Assembly: GCA_965140705.1 (NCBI GenBank) | Contig: OZ223302.1 | Location: forward strand, 448,001 to 512,000 | Direction of reading: 5' to 3' | From: an uncultured Arcobacter sp. | Lineage (GTDB): Bacteria; Campylobacterota; Campylobacteria; Campylobacterales; Arcobacteraceae | DNA length: 64,000 bases | Part shown: positions 43,383 through 54,253 of the stretch, one piece after another | How positions within the stretch are numbered: the first letter of the stretch is position 1 | Layout: every line of letters begins with the position of its first letter | Translations under genes and position numbers: made by a program | Notes under the pieces: model-generated | Database searches by the model: none | What the model was told of the DNA's origin: nothing | What the model saw: the letters and a program-made list of their open reading frames with translations, nothing else

Positions 43383-44132
43383 ATGCAAGAATTTATAGCT
43401 TTTTCGGAAATATCTAGAGAAATAAAAAACTCAGCAGAGTTACTGAAGTCTCTAGATATCAATGCGTTAATAACTGGACAAAAGGGTGTAGGTAAAAAAA
43501 GTTTAGCTAAATATATAACACAAGATTCAAATATTTATAGTGCAAAAACTTTACAAGATGATATAACAGATAATGTAATTTCTATTTCAAACTGTACTGT
43601 TATAATTGAAAATATTGATGAGATTACAAATATTGATTTATTTATAAATTGGGTTGAAAATAACTCTATTAAAGTTATAGCAACATCAAAAAAAGATGAG
43701 TTAAATGAAAAGCTCGCAGATATCTTTTCTATAACAATAAATATTCCACCTTTGGATACAAGAAAAGAGGATATAAAACCATTAGCAAATAAATTTGCAA
43801 AAGAAGCGGGTGAGATTTTAGGAATAGATGAAAAACCTTCTAAACTAATAGTAAATACCCATGAAAATGCTTATAGTTTAAGAAAATCAATATTTTTCTC
43901 TTATCTTTTTGAATCAATTGGGGAAAATGAGATTATGATGCTTTTAGAAAACTATATCCTTGATAATATGGATGGAGAAAATGGATATAGAGATTTTGTA
44001 TATTTATTTGAAGCACCACTTCTTCGTGCCTCACAAAAGAAATATAAATCACAAGTTCAAATGGCAAAAAATCTAGGCTTAAATAGAATAACCCTAAGAA
44101 AAAAACTAGAGATGCATAAAGAATTAATATGA
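43383..44132 (+). CDS. NtrC/Fis-like transcription regulator with degenerate AAA+ domain, no receiver
   Basis: LITGQKGVGKKSLA Walker A, IPPLDTRKEDI, C-terminal SQVQMAKNLGLNRITLRKKL Fis HTH; no GAFTGA. Confidence 0.85.
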   Translation: MQEFIAFSEISREIKNSAELLKSLDINALITGQKGVGKKSLAKYITQDSNIYSAKTLQDDITDNVISISNCTVIIENIDEITNIDLFINWVENNSIKVIATSKKDELNEKLADIFSITINIPPLDTRKEDIKPLANKFAKEAGEILGIDEKPSKLIVNTHENAYSLRKSIFFSYLFESIGENEIMMLLENYILDNMDGENGYRDFVYLFEAPLLRASQKKYKSQVQMAKNLGLNRITLRKKLEMHKELI

Positions 44133-46663
44133 TAAATGAGATGAATCTGGAAGTTGAAGAACTTATAGAAAAAAATGCTAGCGACTTTCAAATATCTAAG
44201 GTATTTAAAAAATATATACAAAATTATGTAAACTCTATTGATACAAGTATTGATACAAATGGTGGTAAAGATTTTTTTGTACAACATACAAAAGTTACTG
44301 ATAAGTTTTTAATCTCACTTTACAAATATATTCTTAGAAAAAATTTTGGTTCATACCAACCAATGAGTACATCTATCCCAATCTCTATCATTGCTTTAGG
44401 CTCTTATGGAAGAGAACAACTTTGTATTTATTCTGACATAGATTTATTACTTCTATATGAAGATATCAAGGGATATAATGTCAAAGATATAATTCAAGAA
44501 TTTATCACCCTAGCTTGGGATTGTGGATTAAAATTAGGATCTAGGGTTCATGAACTTAATGATGTAGCAGAATCTGTTAAAGAAGATATTACAATCAAAA
44601 CTGCAATCATAGAATCAAGATTGATTTATGGGTCAAAATATTTATGGTTCGGTTATGAAAATGTATTAAACAGAATAAGAAAAACTGACCAACTTCAATT
44701 TATTTTAGAGAAAAAACAAGAGCATATGGATAGACTTCTAAAATATCCTTTAAAGATGGAACCTAACATAAAAGATGGATATGGTGGTATGAGAGAAGCA
44801 AACATGGTTTTTTGGATTGCAAATATAGTTTTTGGAGTTACAAGACTAAGACACCTTATGGATAAAGAGTTTAGTGAAGAAGAGTACAAAAAATATAGAA
44901 TATCTTTAGAGTATATTTTTCAAGTAAGAAATCACTTACATAATATTGCAAAGAAAAAACTTGACACAGTAAATTTTGACATCCTACCAGAATTAAGTAC
45001 TAAACTTGGATTTAAAAATACTCCAAGAAAAACAAAAGAGACTCAAGCTATGAATAAAATTTTTGAGTCTTTACATAATATTCACTTTTTTACAAATATT
45101 TTAACTAAAAAATTCACGCGAGCTTTAGAGTTTAAAAATCAAAATTATGACTTAGTAAGAGAAAATAGATTTAAAAAAAATCTTTTTATCTATGAAGGGA
45201 AAATCTATACTTCTTATTTCAATAAACCAAAAACTTTGACTGCATTTTTAAAAGAACTTATATCTTTACCAATAAGTGTAGAAAGATTTGATCAATCATA
45301 TGTTTATTATGCTAGCAAAACTATCTTGCCGCAAAAACAAACAAAAGAGCACAAATTATTATTAAGAAGACTTCTTTATAAAGAGTCTTTATATCCAATA
45401 ATAAAACTTCTTTACAATGCAAGAATATTTGAATCAATATTCCCTATTACAAAAAAAATAATAAATCAACCACAATTTGATGGCTATCATGAACTTCCTG
45501 TTGATGTACACTCTATAAAAACATTAAAACATCTTACTAATATAAAAGATGAATTTGTAAAAGAGTTATATGAAAGTTTTGATAAAACAGAACAATCAAT
45601 AGTAAAAATTGCAACATTTTTCCATGATGTGGGAAAAGGAAGAATTACAGATCACCATATTGCAGGTGAAAAACTATTTAGAAATATGGCAAATGGACTT
45701 AAATTTAAAGTAGAACATACCCAAGTCATAGCAAAACTAATAAGATATCACAATATGATGAGTAAAGTAGCTACAAGTGAAGATATATACTCTGAAAAGG
45801 TTATTAGAAACTTCTCAGGATTGGTACAAAATAAGAAGTTTCTAGATATGTTATTTGTATTAACTTACGGAGATATTTCAGCAGTTGGAAAAAATATCTA
45901 TAAAAGTTCAACTTCAACTTTATTAAGGGAGTTATACCATCAAACTTTATATGCCTTTGAAAATACTACTCTTTTAACTGAAAGTTCAAGAAGAATTGCA
46001 AAAATAAATAGTATCAAAAAACTAAAACAATATAATGAATTACCTCCAATACTAAAAAAGAAAATAACATATATTGCCTCAAATCAAATCTTCTTACAGC
46101 TTAAAGCTGCTGATATCTTAGATTTAGTACTTAAAGCAAAAGAAGTAGAGACTTATACATATAAAATACTGAATGACAAAGCTCTAACCATAAGAATAAT
46201 AAGAAAAATTCCTTTGAATTTAGGATATTTACTTGGTAAGCTAGAATTTTTAGATATTTCAGTTATGAATATATTTAAACTATTTGATGATAAAAAATGT
46301 TTCGAAATCCAATTTACAGAAAAGGTTGATGATGGCGATTTATTACATATAGAAGAGATTATAAATGCCTCTTTTGATATGAATAAAAAACTAACCCTAA
46401 AACAGCCTATTATTCTAAAAAATGAAGTCGAAGTAAATTGTAATCATACTTCATATTTAGCAAGCATGAGAATACATGCTATAAATCAAAAAGGCTTATT
46501 AGCATATATTACTAAAATCTTTGATGACTTTGGAGTTGAAATTGAGAGTGCAAAACTATCATTAAATAAAAAAAGAGTAAGAGACTTATTTTTGATTGAA
46601 AAGAATGGTAACTTTAGTGTTAACTCTGATAAAATAGTAGATATGATTTGTAGTAACGACTAA
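44129..46663 (+). CDS. glnD: bifunctional uridylyltransferase/uridylyl-removing enzyme
   Basis: ALGSYGREQLCIYSDIDL, EPNIKDGYGGMRE, QFDGYH..VDVHS, FHDVGKG, C-terminal ACT. Confidence 0.92.
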   Translation: MINEMNLEVEELIEKNASDFQISKVFKKYIQNYVNSIDTSIDTNGGKDFFVQHTKVTDKFLISLYKYILRKNFGSYQPMSTSIPISIIALGSYGREQLCIYSDIDLLLLYEDIKGYNVKDIIQEFITLAWDCGLKLGSRVHELNDVAESVKEDITIKTAIIESRLIYGSKYLWFGYENVLNRIRKTDQLQFILEKKQEHMDRLLKYPLKMEPNIKDGYGGMREANMVFWIANIVFGVTRLRHLMDKEFSEEEYKKYRISLEYIFQVRNHLHNIAKKKLDTVNFDILPELSTKLGFKNTPRKTKETQAMNKIFESLHNIHFFTNILTKKFTRALEFKNQNYDLVRENRFKKNLFIYEGKIYTSYFNKPKTLTAFLKELISLPISVERFDQSYVYYASKTILPQKQTKEHKLLLRRLLYKESLYPIIKLLYNARIFESIFPITKKIINQPQFDGYHELPVDVHSIKTLKHLTNIKDEFVKELYESFDKTEQSIVKIATFFHDVGKGRITDHHIAGEKLFRNMANGLKFKVEHTQVIAKLIRYHNMMSKVATSEDIYSEKVIRNFSGLVQNKKFLDMLFVLTYGDISAVGKNIYKSSTSTLLRELYHQTLYAFENTTLLTESSRRIAKINSIKKLKQYNELPPILKKKITYIASNQIFLQLKAADILDLVLKAKEVETYTYKILNDKALTIRIIRKIPLNLGYLLGKLEFLDISVMNIFKLFDDKKCFEIQFTEKVDDGDLLHIEEIINASFDMNKKLTLKQPIILKNEVEVNCNHTSYLASMRIHAINQKGLLAYITKIFDDFGVEIESAKLSLNKKRVRDLFLIEKNGNFSVNSDKIVDMICSND

Positions 46664-46675
46664 AAATCGCTACTA

Positions 46676-48418
46676 CTAAAAATGTTTATTAATTATCTCT
46701 AAAAACTCTTTTGGATTTTTATATCCAACTATTTTTGAAGCATTTATCTCATTATTATCTTTATCCCAAAAGATTATTCCAGGAGGTCCAATTATGCTAA
46801 ATCTTTTTTGTAACTCTTTATCCTCTTGGTTATTAGCTGTAACATCAGCTTGAAGAAGAGTAAAACCTTTTAGCTTTTGTATAACTTGTTCATCTTTAAA
46901 AGTAGTACTTTCAAACTCTTTACAAGCCACACACCAATCAGCATAAAAGTCTAACATAACTGGTTTATCTGATTTTTTTATTTCAGCTTCTAACTCTTTT
47001 AAATTTTTAATTCTTTTAAATGTAATTCCAGCTTCACTTGCAGAAACAACTTTGCTTGAAGTAAATTTCTCCAAAGGATTTAGCACATTTGTTGCTCCAC
47101 TTACAGCACCAACGAAAGTCAAAACTCCATATATCAAAATAACTAAAGTAATAAGTCTCATTAAAATATGTTCATATAATTTTAAATAAAGTGCTGTTCC
47201 TAAAAACAGTAGTGCCCATAAATACATAGTAATAATTGGCTCAAGTACTCTATCTAACATCCAAATAGCAATAGCTAACATTACTATTCCAAAGATTCTT
47301 GTGATATTTTCCATCCAACCACCAGGTTTTGGCATAAACTTTCCAGCCCCAAGTCCAATTAAAAGTAAAGGAACACCCATTCCAAGGCTTAGCACAAATA
47401 AAGCAGCTCCTCCTAAAAGGGCATTTCCTGTTTGTCCAATATAAACTAAAGCACCAGCAAGTGGTGGAGCAACACAAGGACCTACAATAAGAGCTGATAA
47501 AAATCCCATTATTGCTATTCCAAAGATTCCTTGTTTCTCTTTTCCTTCTGTTGTTTTGTTTATCTTATTTTGAATACTTTGTGGTAATTCTAATTTATAA
47601 TATCCAAACATTGAAAAAGCTAAAGCCACAAAAATAGCTGCAAAAGCACTTAAAACATAAGGATTTTGAAGTGCAACTTGTAAGTTCGCTCCAAAAAGTC
47701 CTGCAATTATTCCAGCAATCGTATAAGCTAAAGACATAGAAATTACATAAACTAATGATAAAAAGAAACCTCTTTTTACACTTAATTGTTCATTTTGTCC
47801 AGCTTTTACAATAATAGAAGACAAAATAGGAATCATAGGGAAAACACAAGGTGTCAAAGATAATAAAAGCCCAAATCCAAAAAATGTAAGCAAAATAATA
47901 AAGAAATTACCATCTTTTAAACTATTTGCAATGGTATCTGTTTCATTTAAATCATTACTACTCTTTGTAAAACTAGTTGAACTAGTAGTACTTTGAGCTA
48001 CAAAATCATCTGGTATTTTCACGAGAGTTGTTTTACTCATAGGAGCATAACAAAGTCCAGCTTTTGAGCAACCTTGGAAGTTTAATTCAATCTCATACTC
48101 TTTTGCATCAACTTTAGATTTTAATAGTGAAAATGGAACATCAATATTTAAATTATGTAAGTAAATTATATACTCTTCATAAGGTATTGGTTTTGGTAAA
48201 ACTAATTCTTTTGTTATATCAATTTCTTGAGGTTTTTTAATTTTAACACTTACTTTATTGGCATATAAATATATCTCTTTACCTAAATCAACATTTATAT
48301 TTAAACTGTTATTTCTAGTTTCAAAACTCTCTTTAAATGCTTCACTAGGAGATAAAAAAGCCTCTTGAGCAGCAAAAAGGTAAATAAAACTAAAAAGTAA
48401 AAAAACTAGTTTTTTCAT
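46676..48418 (-). CDS. dsbD: thiol:disulfide interchange protein DsbD
   Basis: QGCSKAGLCY, LTPCVFPMIPI, GPCVAPPL, DFYADWCVACK. Confidence 0.96.
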   Translation of the reverse strand: MKKLVFLLFSFIYLFAAQEAFLSPSEAFKESFETRNNSLNINVDLGKEIYLYANKVSVKIKKPQEIDITKELVLPKPIPYEEYIIYLHNLNIDVPFSLLKSKVDAKEYEIELNFQGCSKAGLCYAPMSKTTLVKIPDDFVAQSTTSSTSFTKSSNDLNETDTIANSLKDGNFFIILLTFFGFGLLLSLTPCVFPMIPILSSIIVKAGQNEQLSVKRGFFLSLVYVISMSLAYTIAGIIAGLFGANLQVALQNPYVLSAFAAIFVALAFSMFGYYKLELPQSIQNKINKTTEGKEKQGIFGIAIMGFLSALIVGPCVAPPLAGALVYIGQTGNALLGGAALFVLSLGMGVPLLLIGLGAGKFMPKPGGWMENITRIFGIVMLAIAIWMLDRVLEPIITMYLWALLFLGTALYLKLYEHILMRLITLVILIYGVLTFVGAVSGATNVLNPLEKFTSSKVVSASEAGITFKRIKNLKELEAEIKKSDKPVMLDFYADWCVACKEFESTTFKDEQVIQKLKGFTLLQADVTANNQEDKELQKRFSIIGPPGIIFWDKDNNEINASKIVGYKNPKEFLEIINKHF

Positions 48419-48429
48419 CTAATATCCTA

Positions 48430-48795
48430 TTATTTTAATAAATATTTATTAACATTACTATTTATATCACTAACACTTTGTATACCAACGATAGATTTTA
48501 CTATCTTACCATTTTTGATATATAAAACAGTAGGAATACTTTCAACTCCATATTTAGTTACAAGTTCCCTTTGGTCATCAATATCTACTTTATAAATAGT
48601 TACTTCATCTGGTTTAGTATCAGCATATTCATTTATATTTTTACCAACAATTTTACAAGGTGGACACCATGAAGCATAAAAGTCCACAATAACATTTTTA
48701 TCTTTTATTTTTTCTGCCATATTATCTACTGTTAAATGTTCAAATGCAAATAAACTAGTAACAAATAAAGATAATACAATTATAAGTTTTTTCAT
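48430..48795 (-). CDS. exported thioredoxin-family protein
   Basis: Signal peptide plus VDFYASWCPPCK. Confidence 0.9.
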   Translation of the reverse strand: MKKLIIVLSLFVTSLFAFEHLTVDNMAEKIKDKNVIVDFYASWCPPCKIVGKNINEYADTKPDEVTIYKVDIDDQRELVTKYGVESIPTVLYIKNGKIVKSIVGIQSVSDINSNVNKYLLK

Positions 48796-48920
48796 ATCAA
48801 TTCCTTTTGTGCAATTATAGTAAAAAAGTGTGTAAATATTGTTTAGTCAATTAACTTTTATATAATACTTTATTATAAGAATTCTTTATGTAAGATTGAA
48901 AAAAATTATTAGGATTTATA

Positions 48921-49277
48921 ATGAATAACATTTTAAAAAATGTCCATCCACAAGACATAGAACCTTTCATAGATGAAAATACACCAATAATAGATATTAG
49001 ACGAAATGATGAGTTTATAACAACTGGAATAATAAAAGGTGCCCATAAATTAACTTTTTTCAATGAATATGGACAACATGACTTAGATACTTGGTTAAAA
49101 GAGTTTAAAAAGATTGTAAAAGATAAAAAAGAAAAATTTATTTTAGTTTGTGCCCATGCAAATAGAACTAGAGTTGTTGGTGATTTTTTAGCAAACAAAT
49201 TATCTTATGAAAATGCTTATCATCTTGAAGGTGGTATGGCTTTATGGATAGAACAAGGTAAAGAAGTAGTTTTTTAA
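48921..49277 (+). CDS. rhodanese-like domain protein
   Basis: IDIRR..EF, active-site loop CAHANRT, HLEGGMALW. Confidence 0.9.
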   Translation: MNNILKNVHPQDIEPFIDENTPIIDIRRNDEFITTGIIKGAHKLTFFNEYGQHDLDTWLKEFKKIVKDKKEKFILVCAHANRTRVVGDFLANKLSYENAYHLEGGMALWIEQGKEVVF

Positions 49278-49304
49278 AAGAAGCCAAGAATTTTGGCTCT
49301 TTTA

Positions 49305-49520
49305 TTATTTTTTAACTTTTTGTAAAACTTCGATTACTTCTTCTAAATTTGCATAAGGAATATGAGATTTCCACTCAACATTTTCACCATTTAGTGAAAT
49401 ACCAATACTAACAACATCATCAGTACCTTTTCCGTAAGGTTCAGTAATATTAGAGATAAATATCTTACCTTTTTTTGTTCCTGCTAATTGAATTTCAGCC
49501 AATTCTGTAGTTGTAGACAT
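49305..49520 (-). CDS. hypothetical protein
   Basis: 71 aa ORF with AAGGA RBS and host-like codon use. Confidence 0.7.
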   Translation of the reverse strand: MSTTTELAEIQLAGTKKGKIFISNITEPYGKGTDDVVSIGISLNGENVEWKSHIPYANLEEVIEVLQKVKK

Positions 49521-49602
49521 ATCTTTTCCTTTTATTTGATTTATAACATTTTACAAAAATAAACTTTTATAATGTTAAACTTAGTTATTATAACTTAGTT
49601 TT

Positions 49603-50412
49603 TTATTTTTTACTAATAACTGTACCAAATAAGATTTTTTGATTTGTTAAATTTTTTAGTTTGATACTATCTTTTTCCCAAATCATTACTACTGTTGAGC
49701 CCATTTTAAAGTAACCTAAACATTCACCTTTTTTAATATTTAAATCTTCATATTCGTAAACTTTTATCTCTTTTGCATCAACATTAGTTTCAACAGCACT
49801 TTCAAATTCAAATACCATTTGTCCCACATTTAAAGCCCCAACAAATACCATATAAAAAAGTTTTTTCTTTTTATCAATACATTCTAAAATAACTCTTTCA
49901 TTTTGACAAAATAAATCTATCTCTTTATTTAGATATTTTAAATTTACTGGATAGAGTTTCCCAGGTACATGAATAAGTTTAGTTACACTAAAATCACATG
50001 GAGCATGATATCTATGATAATCTTTTGGAGAAAGATAAAAGTTCATAAAACTTCCATCAAGTACTTTTTCTAAATTATCTTTTTTTATATGATATGTTAA
50101 TAACTCTTCAACATTATATTCCATACCTTTTATTTGTAATAAAGTATCTTTTTTCAAAGCCCCACACTCTGTTATTAAAGAATCAGTTGGTGAAATAACC
50201 AAATCATCATCCAACTCTATTTCCCTTTGAATTGCTAATTCTCTTGTAAATAAATCATTTAAAGACTTATAATATTTAGGGTTTCTAAACTCACTCATAT
50301 CTAAATGGAAACTTTTCACATAAATGCTATTTATAATACTTTGAAAAAAAGAGGGAAACTCTTTCTTTGCAAACTTACCAAAATACTGTGAAATCAAATT
50401 TGTAATATGCAT
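49603..50412 (-). CDS. psd: phosphatidylserine decarboxylase
   Basis: SPTDS, YLSPKDYHRYHAP, NERV, GALNVG, FKMGSTVV cleavage motif. Confidence 0.96.
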   Translation of the reverse strand: MHITNLISQYFGKFAKKEFPSFFQSIINSIYVKSFHLDMSEFRNPKYYKSLNDLFTRELAIQREIELDDDLVISPTDSLITECGALKKDTLLQIKGMEYNVEELLTYHIKKDNLEKVLDGSFMNFYLSPKDYHRYHAPCDFSVTKLIHVPGKLYPVNLKYLNKEIDLFCQNERVILECIDKKKKLFYMVFVGALNVGQMVFEFESAVETNVDAKEIKVYEYEDLNIKKGECLGYFKMGSTVVMIWEKDSIKLKNLTNQKILFGTVISKK

Positions 50413-50544
50413 TTTAATCCTTATAAAAAATGTATTTTATCTAATTATCACTTGATTTTTAAAATTAATATTTAACTTCTCTTCCTAAGAATAAAAAAAT
50501 CTTAATTTGATAATCTTCCAATAATTAATTTAAAAAGGATAATA

Positions 50545-50799
50545 ATGCATACAATTAAAGTAGAACATGTTTGTGGTTGTTTTAAAAGAAGTGATTTAGA
50601 GAACAATTTACAAATTGAAAATAAAGATGATGCTTTAGTAAAAGCTATGGCAATGGCTACAACAATGAACGAAGATTTCTGTGGTAAACATGATTTCCAA
50701 TTAGTTGAAAATGATAATAATTTTATAATCTCTTTCAAACAAGAGGCTCCAACTAATACTACAAGCGGATGCTGTGGTGGCGGATGTGGTTCACACTAA
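50545..50799 (+). CDS. small Cys/His-rich protein
   Basis: HVCGCF, FCGKHDF, C-terminal GCCGGGCGSH; AAGGA RBS. Confidence 0.75.
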   Translation: MHTIKVEHVCGCFKRSDLENNLQIENKDDALVKAMAMATTMNEDFCGKHDFQLVENDNNFIISFKQEAPTNTTSGCCGGGCGSH

Positions 50800-50811
50800 A
50801 GGTTTTAACCT

Positions 50812-51900
50812 TTAGTTGGGAACTAAAATATATAACTCCCCCGCTTCCTTCATCCTACCAGCATATTTTTCAGCCTCTTTTGCATAACCCCAAAAATAAT
50901 CAGCTCTAATGTCACCTTTAATAGCTCCACCAGTATCTGCTGCAACCATTAGTTGATTTATCTCTTCATTTGTAACTGGATTTTTGGTATTTATAAAAAC
51001 TGGCATCCCAAGTTGTATATATCTTGTATCAACAGCTAATGTTCTTTCAGGCACCAATTCAATTCCTAAACTTCCAGTTGCACCTTGAGATCTTTTTTCA
51101 AAAAATACATAGCTTGGGTTTTTATTCATTACTTCATCAACTTTTTTAGGATTATCTTTAAACCATTTTTTCATACCCTGAATAGAAGCTTTATAGTTTG
51201 AGTTTCCACCTATATAACCTTTTTGTATCATATATTTACCAATAGATTTATACTGTTGTCCATTTTGATTTGCATAACCTACATTTACAATATCACCATT
51301 TGGCAACTCTACTTTTCCAGAACCTTGAATATGTAAAAAATATAAGTCTATTTTATTATCAACATATAATAAAACATCATCTTCTCCATTTTTTACTATT
51401 TTTTTTCTTGAATCGTAAGGAATAACTCTATTTCCTACTAGTTTCCCTCTCAAAGTATATTTCTTAAGTTGAGGATAAATACTTTTTAAATCTACAGTTA
51501 TTAAGTCATCTGGTACTTTATACACAGGATATTTGTATTTATCTGTTTTTGTAAAACTTCCATGTAATAAAGGTTCATAATATCCTGTAATTGTTCCTTT
51601 GTCAGTTCCATCTTTATTGTATAGTTTATATGGAGTGAAATTTTTCTCAAAAAATACTTTTGCATTAGTTGCTTCATTTGCTTTTAAACAAACCTCTTCA
51701 AAAGTCTCTTTTCTAGAACTCTTTGTACAAGCTTTTTTAAAAACATCTAAGGCTAGTGATAAATCATCTTTTTCAAAATCTTTTATATCAGAAAAAGAGA
51801 CCTTTTCTAAGTTTGCCTTTGAATTATCGATTTTTTCAAATTTTGGAGCACATCCAGAAAAAATAGCGATTAATATAGTAATGAATATAAGGTTTTTCAT
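50812..51900 (-). CDS. mltA: membrane-bound lytic murein transglycosylase A
   Basis: Lipobox, TGYYEP, HIQGSG, NPSYVFF, DTGGAIKG..RADYFWG (3D domain). Confidence 0.95.
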   Translation of the reverse strand: MKNLIFITILIAIFSGCAPKFEKIDNSKANLEKVSFSDIKDFEKDDLSLALDVFKKACTKSSRKETFEEVCLKANEATNAKVFFEKNFTPYKLYNKDGTDKGTITGYYEPLLHGSFTKTDKYKYPVYKVPDDLITVDLKSIYPQLKKYTLRGKLVGNRVIPYDSRKKIVKNGEDDVLLYVDNKIDLYFLHIQGSGKVELPNGDIVNVGYANQNGQQYKSIGKYMIQKGYIGGNSNYKASIQGMKKWFKDNPKKVDEVMNKNPSYVFFEKRSQGATGSLGIELVPERTLAVDTRYIQLGMPVFINTKNPVTNEEINQLMVAADTGGAIKGDIRADYFWGYAKEAEKYAGRMKEAGELYILVPN

Positions 51901-51962
51901 GATTTAATCTCCTGTCTTGGGATTTTATCAGCTTTAAGTTAATAACAATTTAATTAAAATAT

Positions 51963-52244
51963 TTAATTGATAGAATGAACTTCTTTTAATCCACATGATT
52001 TACAAACATACTCAATCTCTTTTACCCCTGAACAGCCATGATCTTTTAATAATCTTGTAGTGATAATTTCATATTTAAATTTTGTATTTGTTTTTGTATC
52101 AAAAAATTCTTTTGACTTTTCATTGCAAGCGGGACATTGTCCATTGTTAAGTTTTTCTAATCTTGAGGTTTTAGTTTTAAAGTAAAGTAAAATAGAGAAA
52201 GATACTATTAAAAATAGTAAAAGAAGGAAAAGAATAGTTTGCAT
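51963..52244 (-). CDS. hypothetical membrane-anchored zinc-ribbon protein
   Basis: N-terminal TM, CPAC and CKSC pairs. Confidence 0.7.
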   Translation of the reverse strand: MQTILFLLLLFLIVSFSILLYFKTKTSRLEKLNNGQCPACNEKSKEFFDTKTNTKFKYEIITTRLLKDHGCSGVKEIEYVCKSCGLKEVHSIN

Positions 52245-52255
52245 GAAGTAGAGAT

Positions 52256-54139
52256 TTACTCTACTTCTGCATCAATAACGTCATCGTCATCTTTTTTAGC
52301 TTTTGCATCTGGTTTTGCTCCAGCTTGATCACCTTCTTTTTTATACATTGCTTCTGCTAATTTATGAGAAACTTCAGTTAAAGCTTTAACTTTTTCTTCA
52401 ATTTGCTCTTTTGTTGCATTTTCATCTTTTAAGATTTCTTCTAATGCAGCTGCTGCGTCAACAATTTTTTTACTCTCTTCTTCAGAAACAGCATCACCAT
52501 TTTCTTCTAAAGTTTTTCTTGTACTATGTAATAAAGCATCAGCTTGGTTTCTAATTTCAATTACTTCTTTTTTCTTAGCATCAGTCTCTTTATTTGCTTC
52601 TGCTTCTTGTACCATTTTTTCGATTTCTTCATCAGATAATCCAGATGAACCAGAAATAGTAATTTTATTTTCTTTACCAGTTCCTTTATCTTTAGCACTT
52701 ACATTTAAAACACCATTTGCATCAATATCAAATGTTACTTCAATTTGAGGTACACCTCTTGGAGCTGCTGGAATGTCAGATAATTCAAACATACCTAAAG
52801 ATTTATTATCTCTTGCAAATTCTCTCTCACCTTGTCCTACGTGAATAGAAACAGCAGGTTGATTATCATCAGCTGTTGAGAACACTTGAGATTTTTTAAC
52901 TGGAATTGTTGTACCTTTTTCAATAAGTTTAGTCATAACTCCACCTAAAGTTTCAATACCAAGTGATAAAGGAGTAACATCTAATAATAATACATCTTTA
53001 ACATCACCTTTTAATACACCAGCTTGAACAGCAGCACCAGCAGCAACAACTTCATCTGGGTTTACACCTTTATTTAAATCTTTTCCAAAGAATTCTTTAA
53101 CTACAGAGTTAGCTTTTGGTAATCTTGTAGATCCACCAACCATAATGATTTCTTGGATTTCACCTTTTTCTAAACCTGCATCTTTAAGAGCTGTTTTAAT
53201 ATGGTCTAATGTTTCTTTGATTAAATCTTCAGTCATAGACTCAAATTTTGCTCTTGTTAATGATTTAACTAAGTGAACTGGTCCTGCATTTCCCATAGAG
53301 ATAAATGGTAAGTTGATTTCTGTTGATTCAGCAGAAGATAACTCTTTTTTAGCATTTTCAGCTGCATCTTTTAATCTTTGTAATGCCATTTTATCAGTTT
53401 TAATATCAAAACCATTTTCATCTTTGAACTCTTTTGCTAACCAATCAATAATTCTATTATCGAAGTCATCTCCACCTAAGAATGCATTACCATCAGTTGA
53501 AAGAACCTCAAATGTACCATCACCAATTTCTAATACAGTAACGTCAAATGTACCACCACCTAAATCGTATACAAGTACTTTTTCTTCACCTTTTTTATCT
53601 AAACCATAAGCTAATGAAGCTGCTGTTGGCTCATTGATAATTCTAAGTACATTAAGTCCTGCAATTGTTCCTGCTTCTTGAGTTGCTTTTCTTTGTGCAT
53701 CATTGAAGTATGCAGGCACTGTAATAACAGCATCAGTTACAGCTGTTCCTAGATATTCTTCTGCATCAGCTTTTAATTTACCAAGAATTTTAGCTGAGAT
53801 TTCTTGAGGAGTATAAACTTTTCCACCAATTTCAACAGCTGCAGCACCATTTCTATTAACGATTTTATATCCTACTTTTTCTTGTGCTTCTTTAGCATTT
53901 TCTTCATCCATCATAAGACCCATAATTCTTTTTACAGAATAAATAGTTTTTTCTGGATTTGTAATCGCTTGTCTTTTTGCTGGATCACCAACTAAAACTT
54001 CACCTTTATCTGTAAAAGCAACGATTGATGGAGTTGTGTTTTTCCCTTCTTTATTTGAGATAACTTTTGCTTCACCATTTTCGTAAACTGCCATACAAGA
54101 GTTTGTTGTTCCTAAATCTATTCCAATAACTTTTCCCAT
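52256..54139 (-). CDS. dnaK: molecular chaperone DnaK
   Basis: [36 protein letters not shown]. Confidence 0.99.
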   Translation of the reverse strand: MGKVIGIDLGTTNSCMAVYENGEAKVISNKEGKNTTPSIVAFTDKGEVLVGDPAKRQAITNPEKTIYSVKRIMGLMMDEENAKEAQEKVGYKIVNRNGAAAVEIGGKVYTPQEISAKILGKLKADAEEYLGTAVTDAVITVPAYFNDAQRKATQEAGTIAGLNVLRIINEPTAASLAYGLDKKGEEKVLVYDLGGGTFDVTVLEIGDGTFEVLSTDGNAFLGGDDFDNRIIDWLAKEFKDENGFDIKTDKMALQRLKDAAENAKKELSSAESTEINLPFISMGNAGPVHLVKSLTRAKFESMTEDLIKETLDHIKTALKDAGLEKGEIQEIIMVGGSTRLPKANSVVKEFFGKDLNKGVNPDEVVAAGAAVQAGVLKGDVKDVLLLDVTPLSLGIETLGGVMTKLIEKGTTIPVKKSQVFSTADDNQPAVSIHVGQGEREFARDNKSLGMFELSDIPAAPRGVPQIEVTFDIDANGVLNVSAKDKGTGKENKITISGSSGLSDEEIEKMVQEAEANKETDAKKKEVIEIRNQADALLHSTRKTLEENGDAVSEEESKKIVDAAAALEEILKDENATKEQIEEKVKALTEVSHKLAEAMYKKEGDQAGAKPDAKAKKDDDDVIDAEVE

Positions 54140-54253
54140 TTTATATCCTTATCATTTTTATTATTAAATTTTAAATTCAATTAATAGTTTTCTGACATTG
54201 CGGTCAATGATGCTTTGCATCAAATGAAAAATTTTCTAACTATTCTTCTTACT

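Noticed and set aside
50505..50527. Possible Fur box (TGATAAT...) upstream of the Cys-rich small gene
   Set aside because: Only one good half-site in very AT-rich DNA; not distinguishable from chance
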